Assembly (NCBI RefSeq): GCF_964355755.1
Contig: NC_092670.1
Coordinates: forward strand, 33,592,388 to 33,656,387
Direction of reading: 5' to 3'
Source of the DNA: Antedon mediterranea
Lineage: Eukaryota; Animalia; Echinodermata
DNA: 64,000 nt
How positions within the stretch are numbered: position 1 is the first letter of the stretch; each line of letters starts with the position of its first letter. Of the stretch, positions 25,986 to 38,150 are shown one piece after another. Under the pieces are notes generated by a model. The model worked only from the letters and a program-made list of their open reading frames with translations. It was not told the origin of the DNA and did no database searches. Made by a program: the position numbers and the translations under genes.

Positions 25986-26865
25986 ATTTTCGATTGTTAG
26001 AAAATACTACAGTAGGTTCTTCATGATATTCAACAATATATTTAGCATATTGTATACCAGCGATTTGGAAATAAACAAATAGTTGGTGTTCGCACATAAT
26101 TATTATTGTGTTTTGGTTGTGTTTTTGTGTATTACATTTTTTATAGGAAGCAAACACACATTAATAAACCAGAAAACTATACAACTCAACTGATATGTTT
26201 AACTCGGCGATAATAATTAACATTACATAGCTGAATTTATCAATGTTGGTTATTTTCAAGTATTTCTTCTATTACACCTGATTCTCGGTACATTTGCACA
26301 TACTATTATAGTTTCAATTACAGCTGTCCATGACGATTCAGTGAAATTATCCTGTTGCAAAATGTCATTACCTGCTACAGTAAATTAGATAGGTTCATCG
26401 CTTTGATTTATAAGATTATCTAACCTAACATAAATCTGCTACTAAATTATACTAAATTTACTAAATATCTCATTTAGTACTATTTACATTATGTTCAATT
26501 TATCGGTTATTATCCGATTATTACATAATTTTCTCTAATTACCTAATAGGGGTTAGTACAACGTTTTATAAAATCACGTTAACATTGATATACACTCAAA
26601 TTTACTTTATTCATTTTGAAAATAATACGAAAGCTACATCTTTTCTCATTTATTATTTCCAATCAATATACAGTTTCTTAGATGACATTTTTATGAGGCC
26701 TTTGACTACGTGCGAAATCCCATAAGGTCATTGACATATTCCCTGGTCTAGAACAACTACCCTCCGGATAACTACCCCAGACAACTACCACGCGGACAAA
26801 TACCCGCCGGATAACTACCCTAGACAACTACCACACGGACAACTACCCTCTGGACAATCACCATT

Positions 26866-27083
26866 CAATAAATCAATCAATCAATCGTTCGATTTATATA
26901 GCGCCATTCCAACATTCATTGCTCATGGAGCGGTAGAAAAAAAAAAGTTAGGAAAAGGTGACTTTTGAGTAGTGACTTAAAGTGACTCAATAATGATGTG
27001 TGTTTAATGTTCAAGTGTAGGTGGTTCCAGAGCCTAGGTCCAGCAACACTGAAAGTCCGATCTCCCCAACTATGTTTGCTTTT
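26866..27083 (-). mobile_element. L2-type LINE 3' fragment
   Basis: Minus strand encodes HSWGDRTFSVAGPRLWNHL...FKSLLKSHLF followed by a (TTGA)n tail; not present in the duplicate block. Confidence 0.75.
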
Positions 27084-27821
27084 TCTAGGACAACTACCCC
27101 CGGACAAGTAACCTCTTAGGACAACTACCTCTGGGTAACTACCTCCAGACAACTACCACACGGACAACTACCCTCTTAGGACAACTATCAAATGGAATAC
27201 TACCCTCTGGATAACTACCCCAGATAACTACTACACTGACAACTACCCTCCGGACAATCACCCTCTAGCACAACTACCCACGGACAACTCCCCTCTTAGG
27301 ACAACTAATACACAACCCCACCCCCATCCACCTAGACAATTACACCCTAGGACAATTACCACACTATCAAATGCTACCATTACAATGTTTTCACAAACTG
27401 TTATATATATTACATTATACAAAATATTAACATATGTCGTTATCAATTTAAGCCCAATTATATCAGTCAATATAATAACACAAGAAAATACGTTTTATTC
27501 TGAAAGAAAACTCTGGTACGTAGCAGATAAACAGACTACATACTTGAAATAATTAACAAAAAAATAAACAAGACATAATGGTCAGATTTAAGCAAAATGT
27601 AGAAACACATTTTAATTTTCGAATTGTCAAATTACAATAGACAACTACCACACGGACAACTACCCTCTGGATAACTACCCCAGACAACTACCACACGGAC
27701 AACTACCCTCCGGATAACTACCCCAGACAACTAACACACGGACAACTACCCTCCGGATAACTACCCCAGACAAGTACCACACGGACAACTACCCTCCGGA
27801 CAATCACCATTCAATAAATCA

Positions 27822-28633
27822 AGGACAAGTCGGATGATATTATATCGCCTTCTTTTAGTCTGAGTGGTTCCATTTTACAAGTAGTTGATCACATGACGCT
27901 TCTTGGTGTAATCATTCAAAATGACCTGAAATGGGAACTTAACACTAATAATATTGTGTCTAGAGCTTCTAGACGTTTATTTTCCTTGTGCATTTTGAAG
28001 AAAACAGGAATCTTAATTAATGATCTGTTGACTGTTTATATGGCGTATATAAGACCTATTTTAGAATATGCTGCCCCTGTTTGGCATGGCGCTATCACTA
28101 AGGACATGTCCAAGTCTATTGAAAAGGTACAAAAGAGAGCATTGCGTATCATGCTAGGTAACAACTATTTGTGCTATGATCATGCATTGTCTGTTACTGG
28201 TTTACCTACTCTTGTTGAGAGACGAAACAAACTTGTGTTGTCTTTCGGGGAAGGCTTATTAAAATCCGAGCTGTTTAGAGAAATACTTCCCCCTCTTCAT
28301 AAGCCAGCTCGGTCTCTCAGATTCAACCGCTTTCTAGAAGTACCTCATTGTAAAACCAGCAGACTTAGGTCGTCTCCAGTTCCCACCATGGTGGATATAA
28401 TTAATAGGCACCACTAGCTCTTTTTTAGATATGTAATAAGTGAATGTTTTTTGGTTTTTTATTCATGTATGTTTTTAATTGTATGGTACGATATCTAGTT
28501 TTATTAAGATGTTTCTATTTTTATAGCAATTTTAACTAATTTTTAGTCATTTGTAATACATTTCATTTCAGTCCTTGACTGTCGTTTTGTAATATATTTT
28601 TATATACCGAATAAATAAATAAATAAATAAAAA
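27822..28633 (+). mobile_element. CR1/L2-group LINE 3' fragment (RT C-terminus)
   Basis: ORF 27893-28417 LLGVIIQNDLKW...YMAYIRPILEYAAPVWH...IEKVQKRALR; (TAAA)n tail about 28612-28633. Confidence 0.85.
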
Positions 28634-30004
28634 TAACTACCCCAGACAACTACCACACAGACAACTACCCTCTGGACAATAACCCTTCTAGGACAACTAC
28701 CCACGGACAACTACCTCTTAGGACTACTAATACACTGCTACAGTGATTTTTCGAGTCTTTATGGCCTAGTAAACATATGTGCAAAGTTTGAAAACGATTT
28801 TGACAATAAAGCACCCCACCACTAAGACGGCCCCAGCTAGGTTCGCGTGCAAGGCTCCCCGTCGGGCACCTCGGTCCCTCCGTTACTTATTATTACAAAA
28901 AGCATTTTTAAATAAAAATGAGTAATAGAAATATTAGAAAAAAAATATATTAAGAAATAAAAAATAAAAATGTTGTGTTTTGTAAAGCTGCATAATGTGT
29001 ATAAATCAAAATGTAGATTACTGGAAAAATGTCAATGCTGTGTGTATTAGAGCCTGGATATCAAGTGAGATACACAATAATTTAATATAATATCAAGAAG
29101 ATAAAACGGTCTGAAATCGTTCTGTTGTATTGCATATGAGATGAGTGATAATGTATGTATACAAAATGGTAGAAAAATATATAGAAAAGAAAGAAAGTAG
29201 AAAATATGTATAAGCAGGGAAGATTTTACATTTAACACTTCCTTATTCTTCTCTTCATATGATAACAAAAGGAACTAACATGTCTGTTAATGAGAAATTA
29301 ATTAAAGATGATATGTATAAAGGAAGAGAAAATATCATAAACAATGATAATCGGTAGAGAAATGAATACAACAACAACAATCGTGTATGAACCCCCCCCC
29401 CCCTCCCAAAAAAAAAAAATGGGGTGTAAAAGTTTTCGGTAATTTCCCTACAAAACCCGTCATCGTGAATAGGTTAAATGTTAAGTAAAAGGAAGTAAAT
29501 AATGTTGTTATTATAAAAGAATGTCTGTATATTGAAAATATATATTTGTCTATAAACGGTACTTATAAAGCAAATAAAGATCAAAATATTCTGGCAGTGT
29601 ATTTTCTTTCTCAAAAAGATTTAAAATATAACATTTAAAATGTCTTATTTGTTATTGTCAACCTATTTTCCACACGCCAGTAAATTAAACCACACTATTA
29701 TACATGGAATAGAATGTTATTACAGTAAAGTCGATTAGTTAGATATTAGTCTACACAACATACTACATTTTTCACTGCCATAAAGTTCAATTCTTACTGG
29801 TCTATACAGTTTATTTGTATTTGTTAGTTTTATACTCAAACTGCCATGGTTAATTGAAATACACGTAGCAGAACAGTGACTTACGGGTACAGCTGCATTA
29901 AAACGTGTACAGTATTTGTATTTCGGTGATTATTAAAAAATGTACCAAACACAGTAAGACATTTGCGAATAAGTCAAATAACGATCGCAAAAGCTAGCTC
30001 TTAA

Positions 30005-30330
30005 AGATGTATTGTCCCCCTGAAAAAATAATTCTTAACAAATTTTGTTTTGAATATGCCATTTTAATGTAACATTATCCACTTTGACCAAAAATTGGAT
30101 CGAAAAATGTATTTACCTGCAAAAACTGTAATTTAAAGCAAAAAATTGCCAAATTGGCTGCCAGCCATTGGTTTTTTGTTGTTGAATTTAACAATTTATT
30201 TAATCAATTGATAAGTGAAAACATATTTTTTTTCTATGGAAGTGATTAACTTAAAACTACAAAATAACATATTCAAAGTCTGATTTAATTAATCTTAATT
30301 TTTTCATGATTTTGGAGGACAAAAACATCT
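30005..30330. mobile_element. Kolobok-like MITE with TTAA TSD
   Basis: TTAA-AGATGTATTGTCCCCC...GGAGGACAAAAACATCT-TTAA; copies at 48570-48895 and 56342-56607, degenerate ones near 19830-20100 and 39340-39620. Confidence 0.7.
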
Positions 30331-30861
30331 TTAACTTATTTCGAAAAAGAACCCAATTAAGCAAAACCCAATAATCATCTAACAGTGGAATATGTTTGTG
30401 AAATCCGGAATAAATTGAATTGTTATGCATCGGCGAAAAAATCCTTGGAAACACTAAATTTAGGCTAAAGCAGTTAAAGAACTATTTCTTATATCAACAT
30501 ATAAATTGTAGTTTTAGATCCCTAAAAAAATCCCCAGAAGAAATGATTTGGATTGAATGTTTTGCCGCATACTGATTTATTTCGGAATATCATGAGGGAA
30601 TTAATATGCTTAGAGGTTGGACTGTTCCATTCATCTTTATCAACACATTTGAATAAACGTATTAAACGTTTAAACTTGTGTTTCCGTTACCATTACGATT
30701 CGTTATACTCGAGCTGTGGACCAATTTTGTAATCGTAATATTGTCTTCAAAATTGAAAATATGTAAAACAATTTTAATGTGTATGTATATTTTACTCTCG
30801 GACTAATTCATTTGAGGTTAATACAACACACTTCTGTTAAGTGCACCGTTGTGACCCTATC

Positions 30862-31208
30862 CCGGACGCGATTTTTTTTTCGTACATAAGTTGGGGACCC
30901 CATGTGAAAGATAGCCGAACTACTTCCTAAATATAACTAAACCTAACCCTCCAAATAATCTCTCTCTCACTATAAAGTAAAAGAAGTAGCTCATGGGAGT
31001 CGAACCCCATACATCGACATGTAAAGTCCATAGTCTTATCCACTCGACTACAAAGACGGCTTGACAGAAATCGTTTGCATTAGCGAATTGTAGTTAGCTG
31101 AATTCTTACGTCACACCTTATGGATATGATTAATGAATATTCATGTTTATTTTGTGATGTTTCACGAGGGGTCCCCAACTTATGTACGACAAGAAATATC
31201 GCATCCCG
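30862..31208. mobile_element. Mutator-like MITE with 9-bp TSD carrying a tRNA-like segment
   Basis: ~45-bp TIRs (...TCGTACATAAGTTGGGGACCCC...), TSD GACCCTATC at 30853-30861 and 31209-31217; minus-strand TAGTCGAGTGG and GGTTCGACTCC boxes inside. Confidence 0.8.
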
Positions 31209-34200
31209 GACCCTATCAAACATTGTTTTATTTCCGAAAATGAAAATCAAGGTAAGTTTGTTTTTCTTTTTACTAGACTAATTGTTTTAATCAGGTTTAA
31301 TTACCGAAACAATTTCGACCAATCATTAAATTAAAAGTGAAATTGTTGTCGTAGATAAACAGGCTGGGATAATGTTAATAGTGACTTTTTGAAATTTTAA
31401 TTTTGTATGTAATTTGACAATATTCGAAAACAGTTCAATCGTTAAAATGTGTTTCTACATTTTGCTTAAATCTGACCATTATGTCCTTTTGATTATTTTT
31501 TGTTAATTCCAAGTATGTAGTCTGTTTGTCTACTCCGTTGTGTACCAGGGTTTTTTTTTCAGAATAAAACGTTTTTTTCTACCTTCTTGTAGTATTATAT
31601 CGACTGTTAGAATTCTTTCATGAATATAGGTTTCTACCCCAAGTGACTGAATGCTAAATAAGGTATTTTTAATAGGTTTAGGAAAAAATGCAAAATACAT
31701 TTTTATGACTATAACTTTCTGCAATTTTTAGTTTTATTGTTATAAAAAAATTGCATTTTTTTTGTTTTGGTTTTTAACCTAGGTCAAAGGTTAAATGCTC
31801 AAAAAGTGCAATTCAGTGACCAAAAGATCAACCCGAACGTATACCGGCCTCTCGTGTCCTGGGGCAGTAAATTACCCCGTATGGGATACGGGCCACGTCT
31901 TCAAAGGGTTAATATACACTGTTAGTAGATAAATTGTTTATGCAAATTTATAAAAATTTAATATAAGGTTGCCTTTCCTCGGATAGGAGTTGACAAAACT
32001 TGTTTGACATTACTAGTAAAATAGTTATTAAGGCTCTAATAGGTCGTAGTGATCTTAATTCCACTGAATCACTGAATCAAATGTGTGCCAATTTGCGCCC
32101 TGGTTGTAGAAATTTGACTGGACACCATAGTAATAATTTCTAGAACCTTCTGCCAAGAAACTTAAGGGAATCATTTTTTCTGAAGGCTAAAACTTTTCAA
32201 AAATTATTTGCGCAGGCGAGACAAAATGGCTAATTTCATGACCGTAACCACGATAGTTTGAGCTGTATAATAAATGAATAAATATAATATTTTGTAAAAA
32301 ATAACTAATAAGAAATAGAAAATTTTATTTTCAAATAAATAATGTAATAAAGAAAGATATGTAGACTTAAGTGTAAGAGGTCAAATTCCTGGCAAGCAAA
32401 TCAATATTCTCAAACGTTTCTTACCACCGTGGGTCCGATGTAATACTCTCTCGCTCACCCACCTAACATTCTACATCTTTTCGTCTTTTCAAATTGAACT
32501 AAATTATACTAAGTATTAATATACTGTTTGTAGAATTGATTCCAAGCACATTTTACTTTAGGCCTACATAGTTTACTATTTTAACCCATCGGACACAGAA
32601 CTGGCACAATATAATTATATCCTGAGCCAGGGGTACGTTTACGAAAACTAATATCACGAAAACTAAGACCTAATGTAAGGCCTAATTAGTACGATAGTTA
32701 AAAGTAATTATAATCCTAATACAATATGTTTCATAACTAACGATTTTAAAATAATTATGCTATACTATACTTACCGAAAATTAAACGATTCGGCCTTTGA
32801 GACGATTCGGCCCACTTATATTTATCAGTTGATATGCATTTCATAAGCATAAATAAGTATTTTTAAAAACTTTCTTTCCATTAGAGACTATGGGGTAGTA
32901 CTACTAAGGGTAATGATGCAATAACGTATTTTTTATTTTATAGGGTCTAAAGCATTGCTGAAAATGGTCATTGTTTTTACCACGCGAACGATGTAAACAC
33001 ATTTCGACCTCTGTTGACCATTTTGCGAATTCAAAACAACACAGTTGTCGAAATAATAATAATTTCATATAAAATTACGTTTTAGTAATTAATTGCAATA
33101 TCAATCAAATGTGTAGGTTTTTTCTTGTGCGCTCCTATACACGCGCTCCTATTTTACTGTTTACATTATATGTAGTCGATCACGTGTCTCTGTTTGTTAC
33201 TTGTTTGTTTGTTAGCATACACTTGTCAAGTTATCATTTTGAATTGTTCGATGTAGATAGGTAGACAGAGAATTTTTTTTCAGAAACCACATTGTATGAC
33301 CACAGTGATCTTTGTCTTAAAGGATTCAATTTGATATTTAAAAAAAGAAAAGATTGATTTGTGACCAAAAACTGAGCCTTAAATTAATGTTCATAGTTAG
33401 TATCAACGTATCACTAATTACCTTGGCAACAATCATTCCACTGATTTTTTTTTACTTTAATATTGTGTTAAATTATCCAATTTAAGATATATTTATTTGT
33501 ACATTTGTATGCAGTGATGTATTTTATAATTAAAAAGTGTGAGTGCCTTGTTCGCCTGTCTAGGCAATGTATCCAAAATAAAAATGTTTTTTTTTATACA
33601 GTTATCGCACACACTATGGCAAAAGTTAGAGCAATTGATTGTCAAAGTTCACATCTATGTCATGTCAAAGGTGAATACATGTCATGTCAAAAGTGAATAC
33701 TTGTGTAATTCCAGTCTTGTGTGAGAATAATTTGTAATAGGCATATACACTGTAGTACAGTAGAGGTACAGGTACATACTGTAATGTATTTGGAATGGTT
33801 TAAAAGTTTCATAAGATTTGTTAAAGTATCAAGGTCAAATGTTATGACATCACATTATTTGTAGTTCTTTATTTGTATTCATATTGTATCTGATGTGTTT
33901 TTAGTTGAAAATAGTAATAAGATATATATTTTCTTTGTTTTGTGACCAAATATTTGTAAATATATTGAAATAGCGGTAAAGTATGTTGCTGAAATATATT
34001 AAAATAAAAATTTAGAAAATACAGTGATTGGTGTACAAACAATTCTTGATTGTTGGCAGTATCATAGGCAAACGCTGTATTACAGTGTGACATATACATC
34101 ACCTGTATCATAGGCCCTATACTTAACCTTAACATAATACAGGCTACATGTGATACATATGATACTGTATACAGAATTTACCTTTGATACTGGGCATATT

Positions 34201-34843
34201 TTTAGATACAGTACAAAGACAAATCGGGTAGTTATCCACAAAAAATAAATATTTTATACATAAAATAGAGTGTTGTAAATCATTGCATATATATATTTAG
34301 TAAAGTATAACATAAAAACAAGATCTATACTGTGTTTGTAAATATATTTTGTAAATAACAATTTTACAAATAATTTGGGGTGGGGTGTGAAGAAAGTAGT
34401 TGTATTGAGAGTTGTTTTCTGGATTTAGATCCACAGACATTGCTTATATAAACTAAATTCATAAATTGCCGCATTTTTGTTGGGTTGTGTTCGTAATACT
34501 GTAACAAACCACTTTAAATATCTTCTATATCCGATACATTTCCCACCTATATTAGCAAAAATAGTGATTGTCAAAAAAAAATGTTTCTTTATTGCTTGAT
34601 GTTCGTTTCAGTTTGTCTCTTTCTCTTATAATGTATAAAAAGTACATTTTATATATGGTAATAATTATGCAAGAGACTTTTTACAATTCATTTAAAATAA
34701 TAATTCATTTTGTAAAATAACTAAATACTGTATAACGAATATATTTATATGATGAGTTTAGGCAATTCTCAAATATACAGAAAGGTATTGTATTATATAT
34801 CGGTTTCACTGTTTATATCATAGGCCTTCCTTTAAAACTAAGT

Positions 34844-35040
34844 AAAAGCTACCTTTTCAATCGTGTTCAGTTTACTTCCTTAAATAATGTTAACTCTTCC
34901 TATTCCCGTTTAACCTGTGGTGTTCCCCAAGGATCGATTCTTGGACCACTCTTATTCTTGATGTTTGTTAACGATATACCAAACAGCTCTAAATTACTAA
35001 ATGTTATCTTATTTGCTGACGACACAAATATTTTTTTCTC
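34844..35040 (+). mobile_element. LINE reverse transcriptase core fragment (CR1/Crack group)
   Basis: Translates SYLFNRVQF...CGVPQGSILGPLLFLMFVND...LFADDTNIF. Confidence 0.85.
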
Positions 35041-35473
35041 TATTAGGACATGTCATGCTGAAATTACAAATCCCAAAGCATTTCTGGTATATTCACTGTC
35101 AGATATTCGTTGAATTATTATCGAAACAGTCCATTCAAGTTTGTGCTTGTAATAGGATACTTCACACTTGAAATATCTAGGGTGATGAAGTGACCCCCTG
35201 ACTTGACCTTAGCAATAAAATTAACTAAAGTGACAGAAATTGAGTATTCACTTCTGTAACAAAAAAAAAATATTTATTCACATATAAAAAGAGAAAAGAA
35301 ACCCCAAAACCATTGTCTGACAGACAATTTAAGTATTTGTTGCTTTTAATTACATTTTTTCAGGTAAAATAACTATTATGTGACAATAAAATGACGCATT
35401 CAAAAACATTTGAAATAAAAAATATTTTTCAATAAGCGAGCAGCGTTTTTTGTAAGAAATATTTATTGTTTAG

Positions 35474-38150
35474 TTAGTGAACCTGTAGAACAAGATTGTA
35501 AAAATAGGTCAGCAATATACGATTATTTCACACAACCTATTATTAACATTTAAAACAATTATATCGTATTCTAATAATAGGTCTAGCTTTGTAATAATCT
35601 GCCAACTATGGTACATTGGTATTGTCGATCATGCAATACTACGGCAAAAGATATTATGAAGAACCTTTCCAGCATTGCAACAACACAAACTAAGCTAGCA
35701 AAGCATATTGAAGCAAATACTGAGAAAATTGATACTATCTAACCAAACAGAAATGTATTTAAAAACTGAAGAAAGACTAGAAAAGAAGTTAATAAATAGC
35801 ATGGAGGAGAAGTTTAGCGAGCATGAAGATAGAGAAAAGCGTAAAGCAGATATTATAGTGTATGAGATTGAAGAATCCGATAAAACTGAGTCTAATTTGA
35901 GGAAAAAAGATGATTGGGAGAACGTAGTTCAATTTCTTCATGGACTTGATATACAGCATGTGGATAGTAAAATCAGAACTTTCTTCCGTTTAGGCAAACG
36001 AGAACCTAATAAAAGACGTCCTATTAAATACAAAAGTATGATAATGTTAATCCGGGTGTCTTTTTTGAATTAGCACCATCTACTGTAACTAGAGGCCACA
36101 ATTTTAAAATTAAAAAAGTTCATAGTAAATCGAAACACAGACAGAAATTCTTTTCAATATCTGCAGTAAATGATTGGAATAGTTTACCATATCATGTAGT
36201 AAATGCATCCTCTATAAATAATTTTAAAACCCATCTTGAAACACACTGGAAAACCCACAACCTAAAGTTTGAGCCATATAACCAAGATGTTCAAAGAGGG
36301 ACTCACAAACCTTAACAGGTTTATAGTCTAAAGGTCAAGGTAAATCAAGGTAAATCAAGGACCGTTTTACAAAAAAAACCTAAAACAATAACCACAAAAT
36401 AATAGATATAAAATAAAAAAAACCATTCTTCATCATCAAACGGCGATAGTGTTTTTCTAACATGATTATTTATACATTTATTTTCTTAAAAAGAAGATTT
36501 TCAGTTTATTACTTCCAGTACATGTGAATTCTTTCTTTATATATTATAGCAAAAGTATGAATACATATAATATAAAACAGGCTATGTGTGTATACTCGTA
36601 CACACCAACACAACGCATAATATATGCATATATATTTTATGAATGAAGCATTTTAAGTTCTGTATTTCGATAAAATGTCTCTTTTTACATATTTATTTAC
36701 TTATAATAATATAAAATCTAGGCCGACAGATGTACATGTCACGTCGACTGGTGGACTAACATTACAAAAGACAATAAATACAGACTTGGGTTTAGTCTAA
36801 TTCGGAGAGTGCAGTCGTGATTGCAAAGCATTTGCTAAGTTTATTATTTGCTTTGTATGTAGTGTCTTTGTTTGAAAACCCCTACAATTTCAAGTTCTCG
36901 TCTTGACTGAAGCTATTATCTTCAATATGGGCCAAATTTTTAAATAGCACACCCACTTTCGTTCAGTTTCTGAGTCCTTAATTTTGATATCTAAACATGT
37001 TTATGTTTATTTGTAGCTCCAAGTGATGTATTCCTGGGTGCAAATTACAAAAATGGATATGAGTTTTTGCATTGGCTCTCACCAAAAGGCATTTACTGGA
37101 GATTTCAATGGTGACGGTGGCGCTGATCTTCTGTTTCACGATACCACCACTGGCGCAAATCGAAAATATTACGCAACGTAATGTTGAGTTATAAATACTT
37201 ATAACTTAGTATGACTTATCCAAATTATTTAAAAAAATCATAATAGTACAATATTGAGTTAAAACAGTACCACTATAAAAAAAACCAAGGAAACACTAAA
37301 CATTGGTATTTTCGTGAAATAGTGTCGTTTTACTATCCCTCAATGTAGTGTTAGATCCCGCATATCGTAAGGGCACCACAACTATTTTGTTATGTTTTAA
37401 TCATTCATAGGTATTCTGGCTCTTTTACCGGAGATCAGACATGGAAAAGGGAGATGAGTTGGTGTCATCACAATGGTAAAATTTGGATTTCTTGGGCTCA
37501 ACCTGGAGGCACATTTTTCGGTACACCTTGGTACTATTATATAAATTAGTGTAAATCCAGTAGTCAACAACTCTTTGTAGCCGACTTCAATGGAGACGGA
37601 CGAGATGATCTATTATGTCATACCATCAGTAATGGCGACAAATCGATAACTTATTCAAGACAAGGTGGTACATTTTCGGCCAGTTTTTATACATTTAATA
37701 AAAGGTGGTGTCACTGTAGGTTCCAGACAAATATTATTTCCTGGAGATTTCAACGGAGACAGAAGAGCCGATATGCTCTGCCATGACGATTCTAGCGGTA
37801 CTATTTGGGTAGCATTATCGTCAATGACTGGTACCTTCACTGGCACATCATGGTCCAAAGCTCTTAACTGGTGCAAAAAGTCTACCCCTATATAAAGTTA
37901 ACAGTCGGGGATTTCAATAAAGATAGACGTGACGATATCATGTGCACCGATACTGCTGGACCTTGGTGGATAGCCTACTCTGCTTAAGGTGGTTCGTTTA
38001 GTATAGTCAACTGGTCACGTAGAGGGGCATGGTGTCAACCCAGTAATCAAGTGTTAATTGCTGACGTGAACGGAGATGGTGCAGATGATCTACTGTGTTA
38101 TTATCCAAGCGCTGGAATTAAAAAAATAGCCTTGAATCGACAGCTACAAT
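35474..38150 (+). pseudogene. FG-GAP subtype A pseudogene (A2)
   Basis: Homologues of A1 exons at 35474-35521, 37017-37177, 37411-~38150; +1 frameshift near 37050, ~69-nt deletion near 37472, TGG>TAG 37547-37549, CAA>TAA 37985-37987; no signal-peptide exon found. Confidence 0.9.
35612..36360 (+). mobile_element. Internally deleted CR1-like LINE (ORF1 remnant joined to ORF2 C-terminus)
   Basis: ORF 35708-36073 EDREKRKADIIVYEIEES...FRLGK...RPI (ORF1-like), immediately followed by TRGHNFKL...NDWNSLP...NFKTHLETHW and a (TCAAGGTAAA)n tail. Confidence 0.75.

Larger units (their letters stand above)
26749..28730 (+). repeat. GGACAACTACC minisatellite region interrupted by LINE fragments
   Basis: Arrays at about 26749-26862, 27085-27360, 27640-27808, 28634-28730; paralogs 45221-45720 and 46014-46145 lack the LINE inserts. 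Confidence 0.8.
15140..33275 (+). repeat. Segmental (tandem) duplication, copy 1
   Basis: Colinear near-identity with about 35474-51157 across exons, introns and intergenic DNA (e.g. 16308 = 36426, 20910 = 40437, 25985 = 44425, ~33270 = ~51155). Confidence 0.9.

Noticed and set aside
24846-28730. GGACAACTACC repeats as a CRISPR array
   Set aside because: Units are adjacent, degenerate and lack unique spacers; eukaryotic intronic/intergenic minisatellite with no cas genes.
31790-31911. piggyBac-like element ending AAAGGG-TTAA
   Set aside because: Only one terminus recognisable; matching left end and TSD not found, so not listed as a feature.
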